Shown in pieces: positions 10,649 through 19,963 of a stretch of DNA of 64,000 bases. Position 1 is the first letter of the stretch, and each line of letters starts with the position of its first letter. The notes beneath the pieces are model-generated. The model saw nothing but the letters and a program-made list of their open reading frames with translations. It did no database searches and was not told the origin of the DNA. The translations under genes were made by a program, and so were the position numbers. The stretch is from a virus (Duplodnaviria > Heunggongvirae > Uroviricota > Caudoviricetes): the IMG/VR virus record IMGVR_UViG_3300021387_000285. One strand, written 5' to 3'.

Positions 10649-11001
10649 TAAAATACCTCCTTATAGTTTACAGATGGCTACTCTTTTGGTGTTAATAAAT
10701 CATTAATATGATTTAATGCCTACTCAAACTCACTCCTAGTAATATAATCACCTACTGTTGGTTCTGCGGGAATTGGCTTTAACTCATACATATTTAAAGA
10801 GGCAGTGCCATCCATATTGATTTGTTTAGTATAAATTCTTTTATTTGCCAAATCTGGAAAATAAAAAATTGAACCATCAAAATCAATAGACAATGCACGT
10901 ACTTCTTCTAATGATGACACAGGATGCCCTTTAAGTAAATATGAAGTGGCCGGCGTTCTTTGCGCGGTAGCATTTGACTACTATTGATAATAATTATACA
11001 T
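10648..11001 (-). CDS. Hypothetical protein with several in-frame TAG.
   Basis: ATG at 11001 is preceded by AAGAGGA. It extends the track ORF 10720-10920(-) in both directions. Confidence 0.4.
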
Positions 11002-11162
11002 GCGTTTTTCCTCTTTTCTGGAAAATTTTTTACAATTTTTTTCCATTTTTATGTAAGTTTTTTGGTAAAATTATTATTGCTTTTTGTCCTTATGCTACCT
11101 GCGTTTTACCAATTTTTAGTAAAATTATTGTAAAAAAATTGGGAATGCCTATTTTCGGTTTG

Positions 11163-11192
11163 TTGATTTTTTACAAAAAATATGATATTATA
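11163..11192 (+). promoter_or_regulatory. Sigma-A-type promoter within a ~60-bp conserved block.
   Basis: CGGTTTGTTGATTTTTTACAAAAAATATGATATTATATATACAGAAAAAT. One of four long paralogous promoter blocks. Confidence 0.6.
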
Positions 11193-11230
11193 TATACAGA
11201 AAAATATATAGAAAGGAGAACCCTTTTACA

Positions 11231-11983
11231 ATGCCAGTACATGATGCATTAGGTACACGAATGAAAGAGTACGAATCTAGGAATCAGTATTATCTTCAAA
11301 AACGTACTCCAGTAGCAATACGTATTGATGGTCGCGCATTTCATTCATTTACTAAAGAACTTAACAGACCATTTGATAATGTTTTTCAAACATCTATGAT
11401 TCAAACAATGGAAACACTTTGCGGGGAAGTTCAGAATTGTATTTTTGGGTATACGCAATCTGATGAAATTACTTTAATTTTAAAAGATTATAATCAATTA
11501 AATACTTCGGCATGGTTTGATTATAGGACAGATAAATTATGTAGTATTTCTGCTAGTTTAGCAACATATTATTTTAATAAATATTTTAAAGAAAATGCAG
11601 AAAAAGTTATTTGGGCCAATCCAAATAATAGTTATTCATCAACTCTTGCTAAATGCTTGAATAAACCTGCTATTTTTGATGCCCGTTGTTTTAATATTCC
11701 AAAAGAAGAAGTAGTTAATCTTATCTATTGGAGACAGTTAGATGCGGTCCGCAATTCAATTCTCTCATGCGGTCAAGCAGAATTTTCTCACAAAGAGCTT
11801 ATGAATAAATCTTGTAAAGAGATTAAAACAATGCTTGAAGATATCGGCAAATCTTGGGATAAAATTCCTATCCACAAGCAGCGTGGAACCGCATGTACAA
11901 GAGTTGAAGGAACTTGGATTACTGATTATGCGATGCCTATTCTTCTTAAAGAAGATAGAGCTTATTTGGAAGAATTGATTTAA
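11231..11983 (+). CDS. Thg1-like protein (tRNA-His guanylyltransferase family, 3'-5' polymerase). TAG-free.
   Basis: IRIDGRAFHSF, GYTQSDEITLIL and YWRQLDAV match Thg1 motifs VRLDGRNFHRF, AYGQSDEYSFVF and SWRQADCH. Confidence 0.8.
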   Translation: MPVHDALGTRMKEYESRNQYYLQKRTPVAIRIDGRAFHSFTKELNRPFDNVFQTSMIQTMETLCGEVQNCIFGYTQSDEITLILKDYNQLNTSAWFDYRTDKLCSISASLATYYFNKYFKENAEKVIWANPNNSYSSTLAKCLNKPAIFDARCFNIPKEEVVNLIYWRQLDAVRNSILSCGQAEFSHKELMNKSCKEIKTMLEDIGKSWDKIPIHKQRGTACTRVEGTWITDYAMPILLKEDRAYLEELI

Positions 11984-12438
11984 TGGAAAAATACAAAGAT
12001 TTAGTTCATTACGATCGTGACAAAGAAGAATATTATATTGATTATCCTATAGGAAATCAAACATTTCACATGGGTTTTCAAAAGTGTGAAGTTGATTCTT
12101 TTATTGATAATGGAACAGTATATTTTAATGTTTGGATAAATCTATATAATAAACGTAAAGACATGTGGCGTAATGAAGATTTACTTTTATCTACTGGATT
12201 GAACCCAATTAAAACAGTTCTTGTTGCGCGAGAATGTTTTAAAGCAATTGAAGCAGAAATTATTGAAGATATGGAATATAATAATAAAGATGTAATTATT
12301 TATTGCCATTGGGTAAATAATCGTAGACGAGATGCTTATTATAAAGTTCTCTCACGAATGGGATATAGATATGGAAGAATCCCATTGCATCCTTATAAGG
12401 TAATTATGAAGAGGTATAAAAATAATGAAAATAAATGA
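11983..12438 (+). CDS. Hypothetical protein.
   Basis: ORF from the track with an ATG/TAA overlap to the upstream gene. Confidence 0.4.
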   Translation: MEKYKDLVHYDRDKEEYYIDYPIGNQTFHMGFQKCEVDSFIDNGTVYFNVWINLYNKRKDMWRNEDLLLSTGLNPIKTVLVARECFKAIEAEIIEDMEYNNKDVIIYCHWVNNRRRDAYYKVLSRMGYRYGRIPLHPYKVIMKRYKNNENK

Positions 12439-12775
12439 TCTTTTAATTGAAGATATAGCATGGACTTTAAGAAATTTTACTGCTAAAATCATAGATTGGG
12501 AAGAAACATCTTTTTGGGAACGTGACTATAATGAAGACCCCTATAAACAAGCTGCTCATGCTATGCTAATTACTACTAAAATTGGTTATGGTGATTGTTA
12601 TCCTATTGATACTTTTATTGAAAATGTAAAAACAGGTAATTTTATTGACTATGATGGAAGTGGTTTTTGGGTTGACTCTGAAGGTAATAAAATTAATCCA
12701 ATTATATGTGATGCAAACTGGTTAAAACAAAATAAACCAGAAAATGCTAGATTTATAATGTGGTATAACAAATGA
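12425..12775 (+). CDS. Hypothetical protein.
   Basis: ORF from the track. Confidence 0.4.
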   Translation: MKINDLLIEDIAWTLRNFTAKIIDWEETSFWERDYNEDPYKQAAHAMLITTKIGYGDCYPIDTFIENVKTGNFIDYDGSGFWVDSEGNKINPIICDANWLKQNKPENARFIMWYNK

Positions 12776-13005
12776 TTTTATGTAATAAAAAATGTATCCC
12801 TTGCTGTGATTATTGTATATATGTTATTCATGATGAATGGGACGAATATGTGGATTATTGGGTAAATCCTAAACATGTAGTAGGTGGTCCCATTTGGTGT
12901 AAATTACATCAAGATAAAAAACATCAAGAAATTGCTAAAAGTTGTGGTAGTTGTGATGATTTTCATTGTTGTAATGCAAAAGAAGAAAGTTGGTATATTG
13001 TATGA
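12772..13005 (+). CDS. Cys-rich putative zinc-binding small protein.
   Basis: Multiple CxxC pairs. Confidence 0.4.
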   Translation: MILCNKKCIPCCDYCIYVIHDEWDEYVDYWVNPKHVVGGPIWCKLHQDKKHQEIAKSCGSCDDFHCCNAKEESWYIV

Positions 13006-13196
13006 CAGAGTTAGATGGTTTTATAAGTAGAATAAATCTTAATGGAAAAACTTATGGTTTAAAATGTGAAGTCGTTGAAGCGCGACCTATTACTTGTAAA
13101 AAGTGTGGGGCTTCTTTTTAGCTTCATTATGGAGAAGGACGATGTGAACATTGTGGTACATATTATACTACACACTTTTATATTGAGGAAAAATAA
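13002..13196 (+). CDS. Zinc-ribbon small protein with 1 in-frame TAG.
   Basis: CKKCG...CEHCG. ATGA and TAATG overlaps with its neighbours. Confidence 0.4.
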
Positions 13197-13399
13197 TGGA
13201 TGTTCCAAATTTAGATAATTTGATTAAAGCTATTAGTTGTGATACTTGGGCTTCTAATAAATGCAAAGAATGTCCTTATAATTATCAGCATTGGGATGAC
13301 AGTGGAGATTATGGTTTTTGGTGTTGTGATGAAGAAAAAAAATGGAATGATGCTTTATTTTATTTAAAACTTTATCAACATTTGATTAATTGGAAATAA
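13196..13399 (+). CDS. Hypothetical small protein.
   Basis: ORF from the track. Confidence 0.4.
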   Translation: MDVPNLDNLIKAISCDTWASNKCKECPYNYQHWDDSGDYGFWCCDEEKKWNDALFYLKLYQHLINWK

Positions 13400-13436
13400 T
13401 AATGAATAAAAAATATAGTTGGAGTAGTAATATAAT

Positions 13437-14243
13437 ATGAGTAAATTTTATGGAAATTATTCAGGTCGCTTTGGTGACCACTTTAAAGAATGCAAAGAAT
13501 ATTTTAAAGAATCAGAAATTGTAATGCTTGCTCTTACTGGAAGCCAAAACTATGGGCTTGATACAAAAGATAGCGATATAGATACTAAGCTTACTGTTCT
13601 TCCTTGTAAAGAAGATATTTTCTTTAATAAGCCAGCAGTATCAACAACTCATATTAGGGATAATGAAGAGCATATTGACTTTAAAGATATCCGTTTAATG
13701 CTGCCTACATTGCTTAAGCAGAATGTTAATTATCTTGAGCAACTTTTCTCTACTCAGTATCTTATTAATGAAGATTATAGTCATGAGATAGAATCTCTTC
13801 TTGATATCAGAGAAGATATTGCAAGATTCTATCCACATAAGTGTATTATGACAATGTATGGAATTGCAATGGGAAAAAAGAATAGAATCTTTAGAGAACT
13901 TCCAGAAAAGAAAGATATCTTTACATATGGATATAATCCAAAAGAAGCAATGCAGCTTTTCCGTATTGAAGAGTTTTTGCACCGATATATAAATGAAGAA
14001 CCATTTGAAGATTGTCTAAAATCTCAGCAAAGGGAACATTTATTGCTGGTTAAAAGTGGCGTTTATGATTCTCATGAAATGGTAGATATGGTAAATGCGG
14101 CAATCGCGCACGTTGAAGAAATGAAAGAAGATTATTTTGCGACTCATGAAGAAACATATAAACCTGGGGTACAGATTGTAATTTATGATGTTCAAAAAAG
14201 AATTATGGAGAAATATTTAAAAAATGTCTTTAATAATAGATGA
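13437..14243 (+). CDS. Minimal nucleotidyltransferase (Pol-beta superfamily) domain protein.
   Basis: ALTGSQNYGLDTKDSDIDT matches the GSxxxGxxxxxSDxD NTase signature. Confidence 0.6.
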   Translation: MSKFYGNYSGRFGDHFKECKEYFKESEIVMLALTGSQNYGLDTKDSDIDTKLTVLPCKEDIFFNKPAVSTTHIRDNEEHIDFKDIRLMLPTLLKQNVNYLEQLFSTQYLINEDYSHEIESLLDIREDIARFYPHKCIMTMYGIAMGKKNRIFRELPEKKDIFTYGYNPKEAMQLFRIEEFLHRYINEEPFEDCLKSQQREHLLLVKSGVYDSHEMVDMVNAAIAHVEEMKEDYFATHEETYKPGVQIVIYDVQKRIMEKYLKNVFNNR

Positions 14244-14523
14244 ATATTTTCAGAATAAAATAGATAATAAAATAGATTTTACAGAAGAAGATTTTTGGGA
14301 TTTCATAGATGAATATTCTATTGAAACTGAATATGGAGATTTACGCAGATGGTATCGTTCCGCCACTACAATCTGTGAATTTAATGGAAAATATTATGCT
14401 TGTGAATGGGATCAAGGATTAACAGAAAGACAAGAGAATCAATGGTATGGAGATCAACCATATGAAGTAATTCCTAAAGATATCGTCATAACTAAAACAG
14501 AAAGGATTTGGGAACGTGCATGA
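14224..14523 (+). CDS. Hypothetical protein.
   Basis: ORF from the track. Confidence 0.4.
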   Translation: MSLIIDEYFQNKIDNKIDFTEEDFWDFIDEYSIETEYGDLRRWYRSATTICEFNGKYYACEWDQGLTERQENQWYGDQPYEVIPKDIVITKTERIWERA

Positions 14524-14894
14524 AAATTATTATAGCAGGTGGGAGAGATTTTAATAATCGTGCCATAATGTTTCCAATTCTTTTAAAGTATATCAATAGC
14601 TCAAAAGATATTATTATAAGCGGAGATGCGCAAGGCGCTGACACACTTGGAGCAGAATGGGCAGAAACGTTTGGAATAGAAGTTTGGCATTTTCCAGCTA
14701 AATGGGAGAAATATGGTAAGTCAGCAGGATTTATTCGCAATACTGAAATGGCTGACTGCGCGGATGCTCTTATTGCCTTTTGGGATGGGAAAAGCAAAGG
14801 CACAGCCCATATGATTAAAACAATGAAATCCAAATGGAAAAAGTATTGGGTCTTTAATTATTCAGGAGAACTGATAGAAGAAGGGAGCTTATAA
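14520..14894 (+). CDS. SLOG/DUF2493-like Rossmann-fold protein.
   Basis: KIIIAGGRDF...GDAQGADTLGAEWA...WDGKSKGT. ATGA overlap with the upstream gene. Confidence 0.45.
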   Translation: MKIIIAGGRDFNNRAIMFPILLKYINSSKDIIISGDAQGADTLGAEWAETFGIEVWHFPAKWEKYGKSAGFIRNTEMADCADALIAFWDGKSKGTAHMIKTMKSKWKKYWVFNYSGELIEEGSL

Positions 14895-14899
14895 AAAAA

Positions 14900-15712
14900 A
14901 TGAAGTTCTTTATTACAGGGGACTGTCATGGTGAATTTGCACGCTTTAATGCCCCTCCAAAAGATGAAGAGTTAGGAGTAATTATTCTTGGCGATGCAGG
15001 ATTTAATTTTTATCTTAATAAAACAGATGAAAGAAAAAAGGAAGAACTTTGTACCAACCATCCTAATATGACTATATATTGCGTGCGCGGCAACCATGAA
15101 GCAAGACCTCAAGATATTGATACTATGACTACAGTATTTGATGCAACAGTTCATGGAGTAGTTTACATGGAGCCACAGTATCCTAATATCCATTATTTTC
15201 TTGATTATGGATTTTATGATATTGGTGGATATAATTGTCTTGTAATAGGCGGCGCATATTCTGTTGATAAAAAATGGCGACTGATAAGAAATGGAATGAC
15301 AGAAGAAACTAACAATCCTAAAAAAACAGGATGGTTTGCTAATGAACAACTTACTAAAGAAGAAATGGAAGATTGTTATGAACTAGTAAAAAACTTTAAC
15401 AAACCTGTAGATTTTGTCTTTACTCATACTTGTCCAACAAAATTTCAACCTACAGATATGTTCCTTCATGGAATAGACCAATCTCAAGTAGACAACTCTA
15501 TGGAAGAGTTTCTAGAAGATGTAAGTTATCAAATGGGTTGGAATATTTGGTGTTTTGGGCATTATCATGCCGACCGCATTGAACGCCCGCACGTTGAACA
15601 ATATTATAGAGATATAGAAGAGCTAGATGAAGTATATAACAGATGGAAAAATTATGATAAAACACATGAGCTTCCTTGGCATCTTGTGAAAGGACCAATG
15701 TTTGATGCATGA
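14900..15712 (+). CDS. Calcineurin-like metallophosphoesterase.
   Basis: GDCHG, GDAG and GNHE motifs. Confidence 0.7.
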   Translation: MKFFITGDCHGEFARFNAPPKDEELGVIILGDAGFNFYLNKTDERKKEELCTNHPNMTIYCVRGNHEARPQDIDTMTTVFDATVHGVVYMEPQYPNIHYFLDYGFYDIGGYNCLVIGGAYSVDKKWRLIRNGMTEETNNPKKTGWFANEQLTKEEMEDCYELVKNFNKPVDFVFTHTCPTKFQPTDMFLHGIDQSQVDNSMEEFLEDVSYQMGWNIWCFGHYHADRIERPHVEQYYRDIEELDEVYNRWKNYDKTHELPWHLVKGPMFDA

Positions 15713-15891
15713 TATTATTTCTTAAAATTATTGCACCAATTTGTTTAATTATTGCTACTATTCTCTTTTGGAAATTTGAACATAAAATCTTACATTCAAA
15801 AGAACAACATTTTACGATATTTCTTTTTATTGTTCTTGAATGCTGTATCATATTACTTTGGATGTGTTATTTAGCCTGGTTATTTCCATAA
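15709..15891 (+). CDS. Small membrane protein.
   Basis: Two hydrophobic segments. Confidence 0.35.
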   Translation: MILFLKIIAPICLIIATILFWKFEHKILHSKEQHFTIFLFIVLECCIILLWMCYLAWLFP

Positions 15892-15910
15892 TCAGGCTAT
15901 TTTCGGTTTA

Positions 15911-15939
15911 TTGATTTTTTTATAAAAATATAGTATAAT
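15911..15939 (+). promoter_or_regulatory. Sigma-A-type promoter within a ~60-bp conserved block.
   Basis: CGGTTTATTGATTTTTTTATAAAAATATAGTATAATATATATAGAAAAAT. Confidence 0.6.
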
Positions 15940-15969
15940 ATATATAGAAAAATAAAGGAGAAGCTAACT

Positions 15970-16350
15970 ATGAATATTGAAAAATTACGGTCGCTTTCTC
16001 GTAAAAAATACCAACGAGCTATGAATCAACTTGTACGCAAAATTAACAAATCCCTTAAAGATGATTGGCTTTGGGATGGAAGATTTACACTCAAACAGCA
16101 ATCTGCCTATTTTTGGTCCTATGAAGATCATAGTGGTGGGCATTTTCTTGTTTGGTTAACTTTTGTTGATAATAAAACTAGCGCAGAAGAATATATGGAT
16201 TTTGATAATTATGGCACAGAATATAATATAATGCGTTGGATAAATACTTGCATTACTGAATACTTTGATGTTTGGAAAGAAAATCCTAATCCATATAAAC
16301 AGGCAGAAATGGAGGGGAGGTATCCTGTGCCTCCTGAATCTATACTATAA
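15970..16350 (+). CDS. Hypothetical protein.
   Basis: ORF from the track preceded by an AAAGGAG RBS. Confidence 0.45.
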   Translation: MNIEKLRSLSRKKYQRAMNQLVRKINKSLKDDWLWDGRFTLKQQSAYFWSYEDHSGGHFLVWLTFVDNKTSAEEYMDFDNYGTEYNIMRWINTCITEYFDVWKENPNPYKQAEMEGRYPVPPESIL

Positions 16351-16964
16351 TGATTTTTTCAATTCTTATTCCAATTACTATTATTGGAGCAGGTCTGATT
16401 ATAACCTTAATAGACCAAAAAGTTGCATATTTAAATAGCATAAGAGAAAGATATAATTTAGAACTTAAAACTATTTGGTGCCCTTATCAATCTTTTGCTG
16501 ATGCTACCGAGGCTAAAGCTTATCAACAAAAAGTTATAGAAATGCCACAACTTACTTTTGATAGATGGTTAACTTTTTATAATAATAAACCAGAATGTTG
16601 GGTTATTCAAAAAGATCAATGGAAAAGTTTTGCTGATATTCCCTATTATGTTAAAATAAATGAACATGAAGATAGAAAAGGCAGAATAAAAAGAACTTTC
16701 TCTTTTGTCCCTACCTATTGGATAAGTCCAGAAGAAAAACAGAAATATAGAGAGTGGGTAGAGACTCAATATGAGTATGGCAAAGCGCAAATTTATGAAA
16801 ATGCGCGAAATGCCAAGCTCAAAGAACTCGCGGGATATATTGAAGAAGATATTAACGAACGTCGCAAAGTATTTGAAAAGGAGCTTGAAAAAGCAAAATC
16901 AGATATGACTTTGCAATTAAGTGATGGGACAAAAGTAGTAATACCGCAACCTACTAAAAAATAG
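16350..16964 (+). CDS. Hypothetical protein with an N-terminal TM helix.
   Basis: ORF from the track. Confidence 0.45.
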   Translation: MIFSILIPITIIGAGLIITLIDQKVAYLNSIRERYNLELKTIWCPYQSFADATEAKAYQQKVIEMPQLTFDRWLTFYNNKPECWVIQKDQWKSFADIPYYVKINEHEDRKGRIKRTFSFVPTYWISPEEKQKYREWVETQYEYGKAQIYENARNAKLKELAGYIEEDINERRKVFEKELEKAKSDMTLQLSDGTKVVIPQPTKK

Positions 16965-16974
16965 GAGTAAAATT

Positions 16975-17313
16975 ATGTATTCAATTTATGTTGATGATGA
17001 GAGAACCCCAAAGGGAAAGTTTGACATTGTTTGCCGCACAACTAATGATGCAGTAAAAGCAGTAAGACGTAAATATAAAGAGGGCGTGCGTAACTTTTAT
17101 TTAGACTTAGACCATGATGCTGGATTAGATAGTCTTACTAATGAGCATGGTGGAGATTTTATAAATGTTCTAAAACAGATAGATGCCTATGTTAATATGG
17201 GCAGAATGCGCGACCTTGATATCACAGTAAATTATCATACTGGCAATCCAGTAGGAAGAGAGAATATGCATAACTTTGTTATTAATTCTGGGTATATGCA
17301 CGAATTGGTCTAA
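16975..17313 (+). CDS. Hypothetical protein.
   Basis: ORF from the track. Confidence 0.4.
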   Translation: MYSIYVDDERTPKGKFDIVCRTTNDAVKAVRRKYKEGVRNFYLDLDHDAGLDSLTNEHGGDFINVLKQIDAYVNMGRMRDLDITVNYHTGNPVGRENMHNFVINSGYMHELV

Positions 17314-17344
17314 TAGGTTGGTAAAATTAAATCGTATATATCTA

Positions 17345-17373
17345 TTGAAAAATAAAAAAAATTATGCTATAAT
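17345..17373 (+). promoter_or_regulatory. Sigma-A-type promoter.
   Basis: TTGAAA-N17-TGcTATAAT followed by ATATATAGAAAAT. Confidence 0.55.
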
Positions 17374-17704
17374 ATATATAGAAAATTTGAGAAAGAAATA
17401 TTCAAATGGAATTGTATGATATTGATTTTATTGGTTTAATTTAGATATATGGTTCTTCAAAAGAAGAAGCATTGATTAAGTTTAAAAGATGGATTGCAAC
17501 TGCTCCAGGCATTTTATAGCTTGACGATTATGATAATGAAGATGACTAATTTAGAATTTTTAAAATATCTTAGAGAAAATAAAATAGTAGATTTTGAAGA
17601 TAATTTTAATTCTAATGAAGAAAGTAATGTTCTTTCTGTATGGGATTGGGATGGATGGCATGAAATGTTAATTTGGTTTGATAGTGAAGGGAACATTATA
17701 GAAA

Positions 17705-18277
17705 ATGATTGAAGGATTGTATGAGCCTTTCAGAACTGAATGGTCGGCAGAAGGAACCGTATGGTTATATAGTGATCCTCATTTTGATGAAGATGAAGAT
17801 CTGAGAATTGCTTTCCCTCATCGTCCTACTGCAGAAGAGCAGGTTAAAATGATCAACAGTAATGTTGGCAAAAAAGATCATCTTATTCTTCTTGGAGATA
17901 TTGGAAGTATTGAATGGGCACGTAAGCTAAGAGGACATAAGATTCTTATAGCAGGAAACCATGATATTGGTTTAAGCGCATATAAGGATATTTTTGAATA
18001 TGTATATGGTGGCCCACTTATGATTTCTGAAAAGATAATTTTATCGCATGAACCTTTAGGAATTGATTGGGCCTTCAACATTCATGGGCATACGCACATG
18101 CAGAAAGAAGATAAAAAAGGTTGTTTATGTGTATGTTCTGATGTTATAGGATATACTCCAATTAACTTTAATCAATTTATTAAGTCTGGTAGACTTACAG
18201 AAATAACTCCATTGCATCGTATAACCATTGATAAAGCCACATTAAGAAAACAAAAGAGAGGAGCATGGCGCAAATGA
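17705..18277 (+). CDS. Calcineurin-like metallophosphoesterase.
   Basis: GD..., GNHD and GHTH motifs. Confidence 0.65.
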   Translation: MIEGLYEPFRTEWSAEGTVWLYSDPHFDEDEDLRIAFPHRPTAEEQVKMINSNVGKKDHLILLGDIGSIEWARKLRGHKILIAGNHDIGLSAYKDIFEYVYGGPLMISEKIILSHEPLGIDWAFNIHGHTHMQKEDKKGCLCVCSDVIGYTPINFNQFIKSGRLTEITPLHRITIDKATLRKQKRGAWRK

Positions 18278-18522
18278 GAACTGCATATGCACTTTTTGAA
18301 GCAGAATCAAATGAAATTATTTGTGTTTCTGAATTAAGAACTAATGTTGAAGAATATTTATGCGATATATTTATGGATGATTTTTATGTAGAAGCTATCT
18401 ATAATTATTACCATAATGATACGTTAACTCCTGCTGAAATCGCTAAACAGGCATGGGATTATTGTATAAAATATTATGGTGATGAATCACTTATTTATAT
18501 TGTAGAAACAGAACTAATTTAA
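18265..18522 (+). CDS. Hypothetical protein.
   Basis: ORF from the track. Confidence 0.4.
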   Translation: MAQMRTAYALFEAESNEIICVSELRTNVEEYLCDIFMDDFYVEAIYNYYHNDTLTPAEIAKQAWDYCIKYYGDESLIYIVETELI

Positions 18523-18535
18523 GGAGTTTTTAGTT

Positions 18536-18748
18536 ATGATATTTTATAAAGTAAAACTTTGTAATGTTGAACATGAGAATTATTTTGTAGATTATGAAAA
18601 TGCTGCAAATTTTTTACTTAATTCGTATTTTGATGATACAAATGATGTGACTGATGAAGATGGAGCTATGGATATAAATAATGAAGTTGCTGATACTGGA
18701 GCAATTGAAGGCTATGGCTGCATTGAAGAATGCTGGTTTGATGATTAA
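18536..18748 (+). CDS. Hypothetical acidic small protein.
   Basis: ORF from the track. Confidence 0.35.
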   Translation: MIFYKVKLCNVEHENYFVDYENAANFLLNSYFDDTNDVTDEDGAMDINNEVADTGAIEGYGCIEECWFDD

Positions 18749-18757
18749 ATCGGCTTA

Positions 18758-18786
18758 TTGATTTTTTATAAAAAATATAATATAAT
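18758..18786 (+). promoter_or_regulatory. Sigma-A-type promoter within a ~60-bp conserved block.
   Basis: CGGCTTATTGATTTTTTATAAAAAATATAATATAATATATATAGAAAAAT. Confidence 0.6.
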
Positions 18787-18822
18787 ATATATAGAAAAAT
18801 AAAGAAAGAGAGTGTTTTTATT

Positions 18823-19023
18823 ATGACTGTATATGAAAAGATTGACCGAGCATTACGTCAACATGAGCAGCATAAATATTATGAACGCTCTCTTGATTCT
18901 ATTGCTGATTATATTGATTGGGCTTGGAAATGGCGTAAAATAACACCAAAAGAAAAAGATGAAGTATGTAACAGAGTTTGCGCTTTATATGAAGAAAAAT
19001 TAGCACTTATTAGAAAGAGTTGA
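18823..19023 (+). CDS. Hypothetical small protein.
   Basis: ORF from the track. Confidence 0.4.
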   Translation: MTVYEKIDRALRQHEQHKYYERSLDSIADYIDWAWKWRKITPKEKDEVCNRVCALYEEKLALIRKS

Positions 19024-19586
19024 TGTATATGAAAAAGTTTATATTACCAAAGCTTCATATTGATATTGAACGATGGAAATATTGTATGGCATTGGATATT
19101 TATGTCTCTAATCTTGGAAGATTTAAAGATACTCAAGGGCATCTTTTAACTGTATGCAAAAAAGATGGATACCTTTATTGTAAAGGAAAACTTGCTCATC
19201 GTTTAGTTCTTCAAACATGGAAACCAGTCCCTAATTATGCTAATCTTACAGTTGACCATAAAAATCATAATACTTGGGATAATCGTTTAAAAAATCTTGA
19301 ATGGGTAACGCTTGAAGAAAATAGAAAACGCGATGAAATAGATAAAAAAAATAATGCACCAATTAGTACAACTATCAACTCTACTATGAACGTAGATACT
19401 ATGGTTATGTTAAATACTACTCTTATGCCTATTGGTAATGCTAAAGAGATTCTTAAAAATGATAAGACAATTTCTGGAAATGCTAATATTCAACGAGCAT
19501 TTGAAAAAGCAATGAATACACCAAACAAACCAATTAAGTTTGGTGGATATTCTATTACTTGTATTAAAAAGGATAATGATAAATGA
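19020..19586 (+). CDS. HNH homing endonuclease.
   Basis: ..HRLV..VDHKNHNTWDNRLKNLEWVTLEENRKR matches the HNH_3/NUMOD-type motif. Confidence 0.75.
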   Translation: MMYMKKFILPKLHIDIERWKYCMALDIYVSNLGRFKDTQGHLLTVCKKDGYLYCKGKLAHRLVLQTWKPVPNYANLTVDHKNHNTWDNRLKNLEWVTLEENRKRDEIDKKNNAPISTTINSTMNVDTMVMLNTTLMPIGNAKEILKNDKTISGNANIQRAFEKAMNTPNKPIKFGGYSITCIKKDNDK

Positions 19587-19957
19587 ATAATCCAACTGAA
19601 GAAGGTATTTATACAACAATATTTAAAGATGGAACTATTATCCATTATAATTATTGGATGATGTTTGATGATGGCAAGGGAAAATGGTATTGGAATAGCA
19701 CAGTTAGTGGTGGAGTAATACATTGGTTTAAGCCAGAAGAAAACTATGAAATGCATACTTATTATAGATTGCCAGATTGGGAATTGCGCGAACTAATTGA
19801 GCAAGCAAAACGAGCAGAAGCATATGAGACGTATGCGGATGATATAGATAAAATATTGCAGGCTTTTCTTATAGAGCAAGGTTTTAGCACATATGAAGAT
19901 ATGGCTAATTATGAAATGAATGCGGGATATTATAAAGGCTATGAAATAAAGGAGTGA
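19583..19957 (+). CDS. Hypothetical protein.
   Basis: ORF from the track. Confidence 0.4.
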   Translation: MNNPTEEGIYTTIFKDGTIIHYNYWMMFDDGKGKWYWNSTVSGGVIHWFKPEENYEMHTYYRLPDWELRELIEQAKRAEAYETYADDIDKILQAFLIEQGFSTYEDMANYEMNAGYYKGYEIKE

Positions 19958-19963
19958 TATAAA

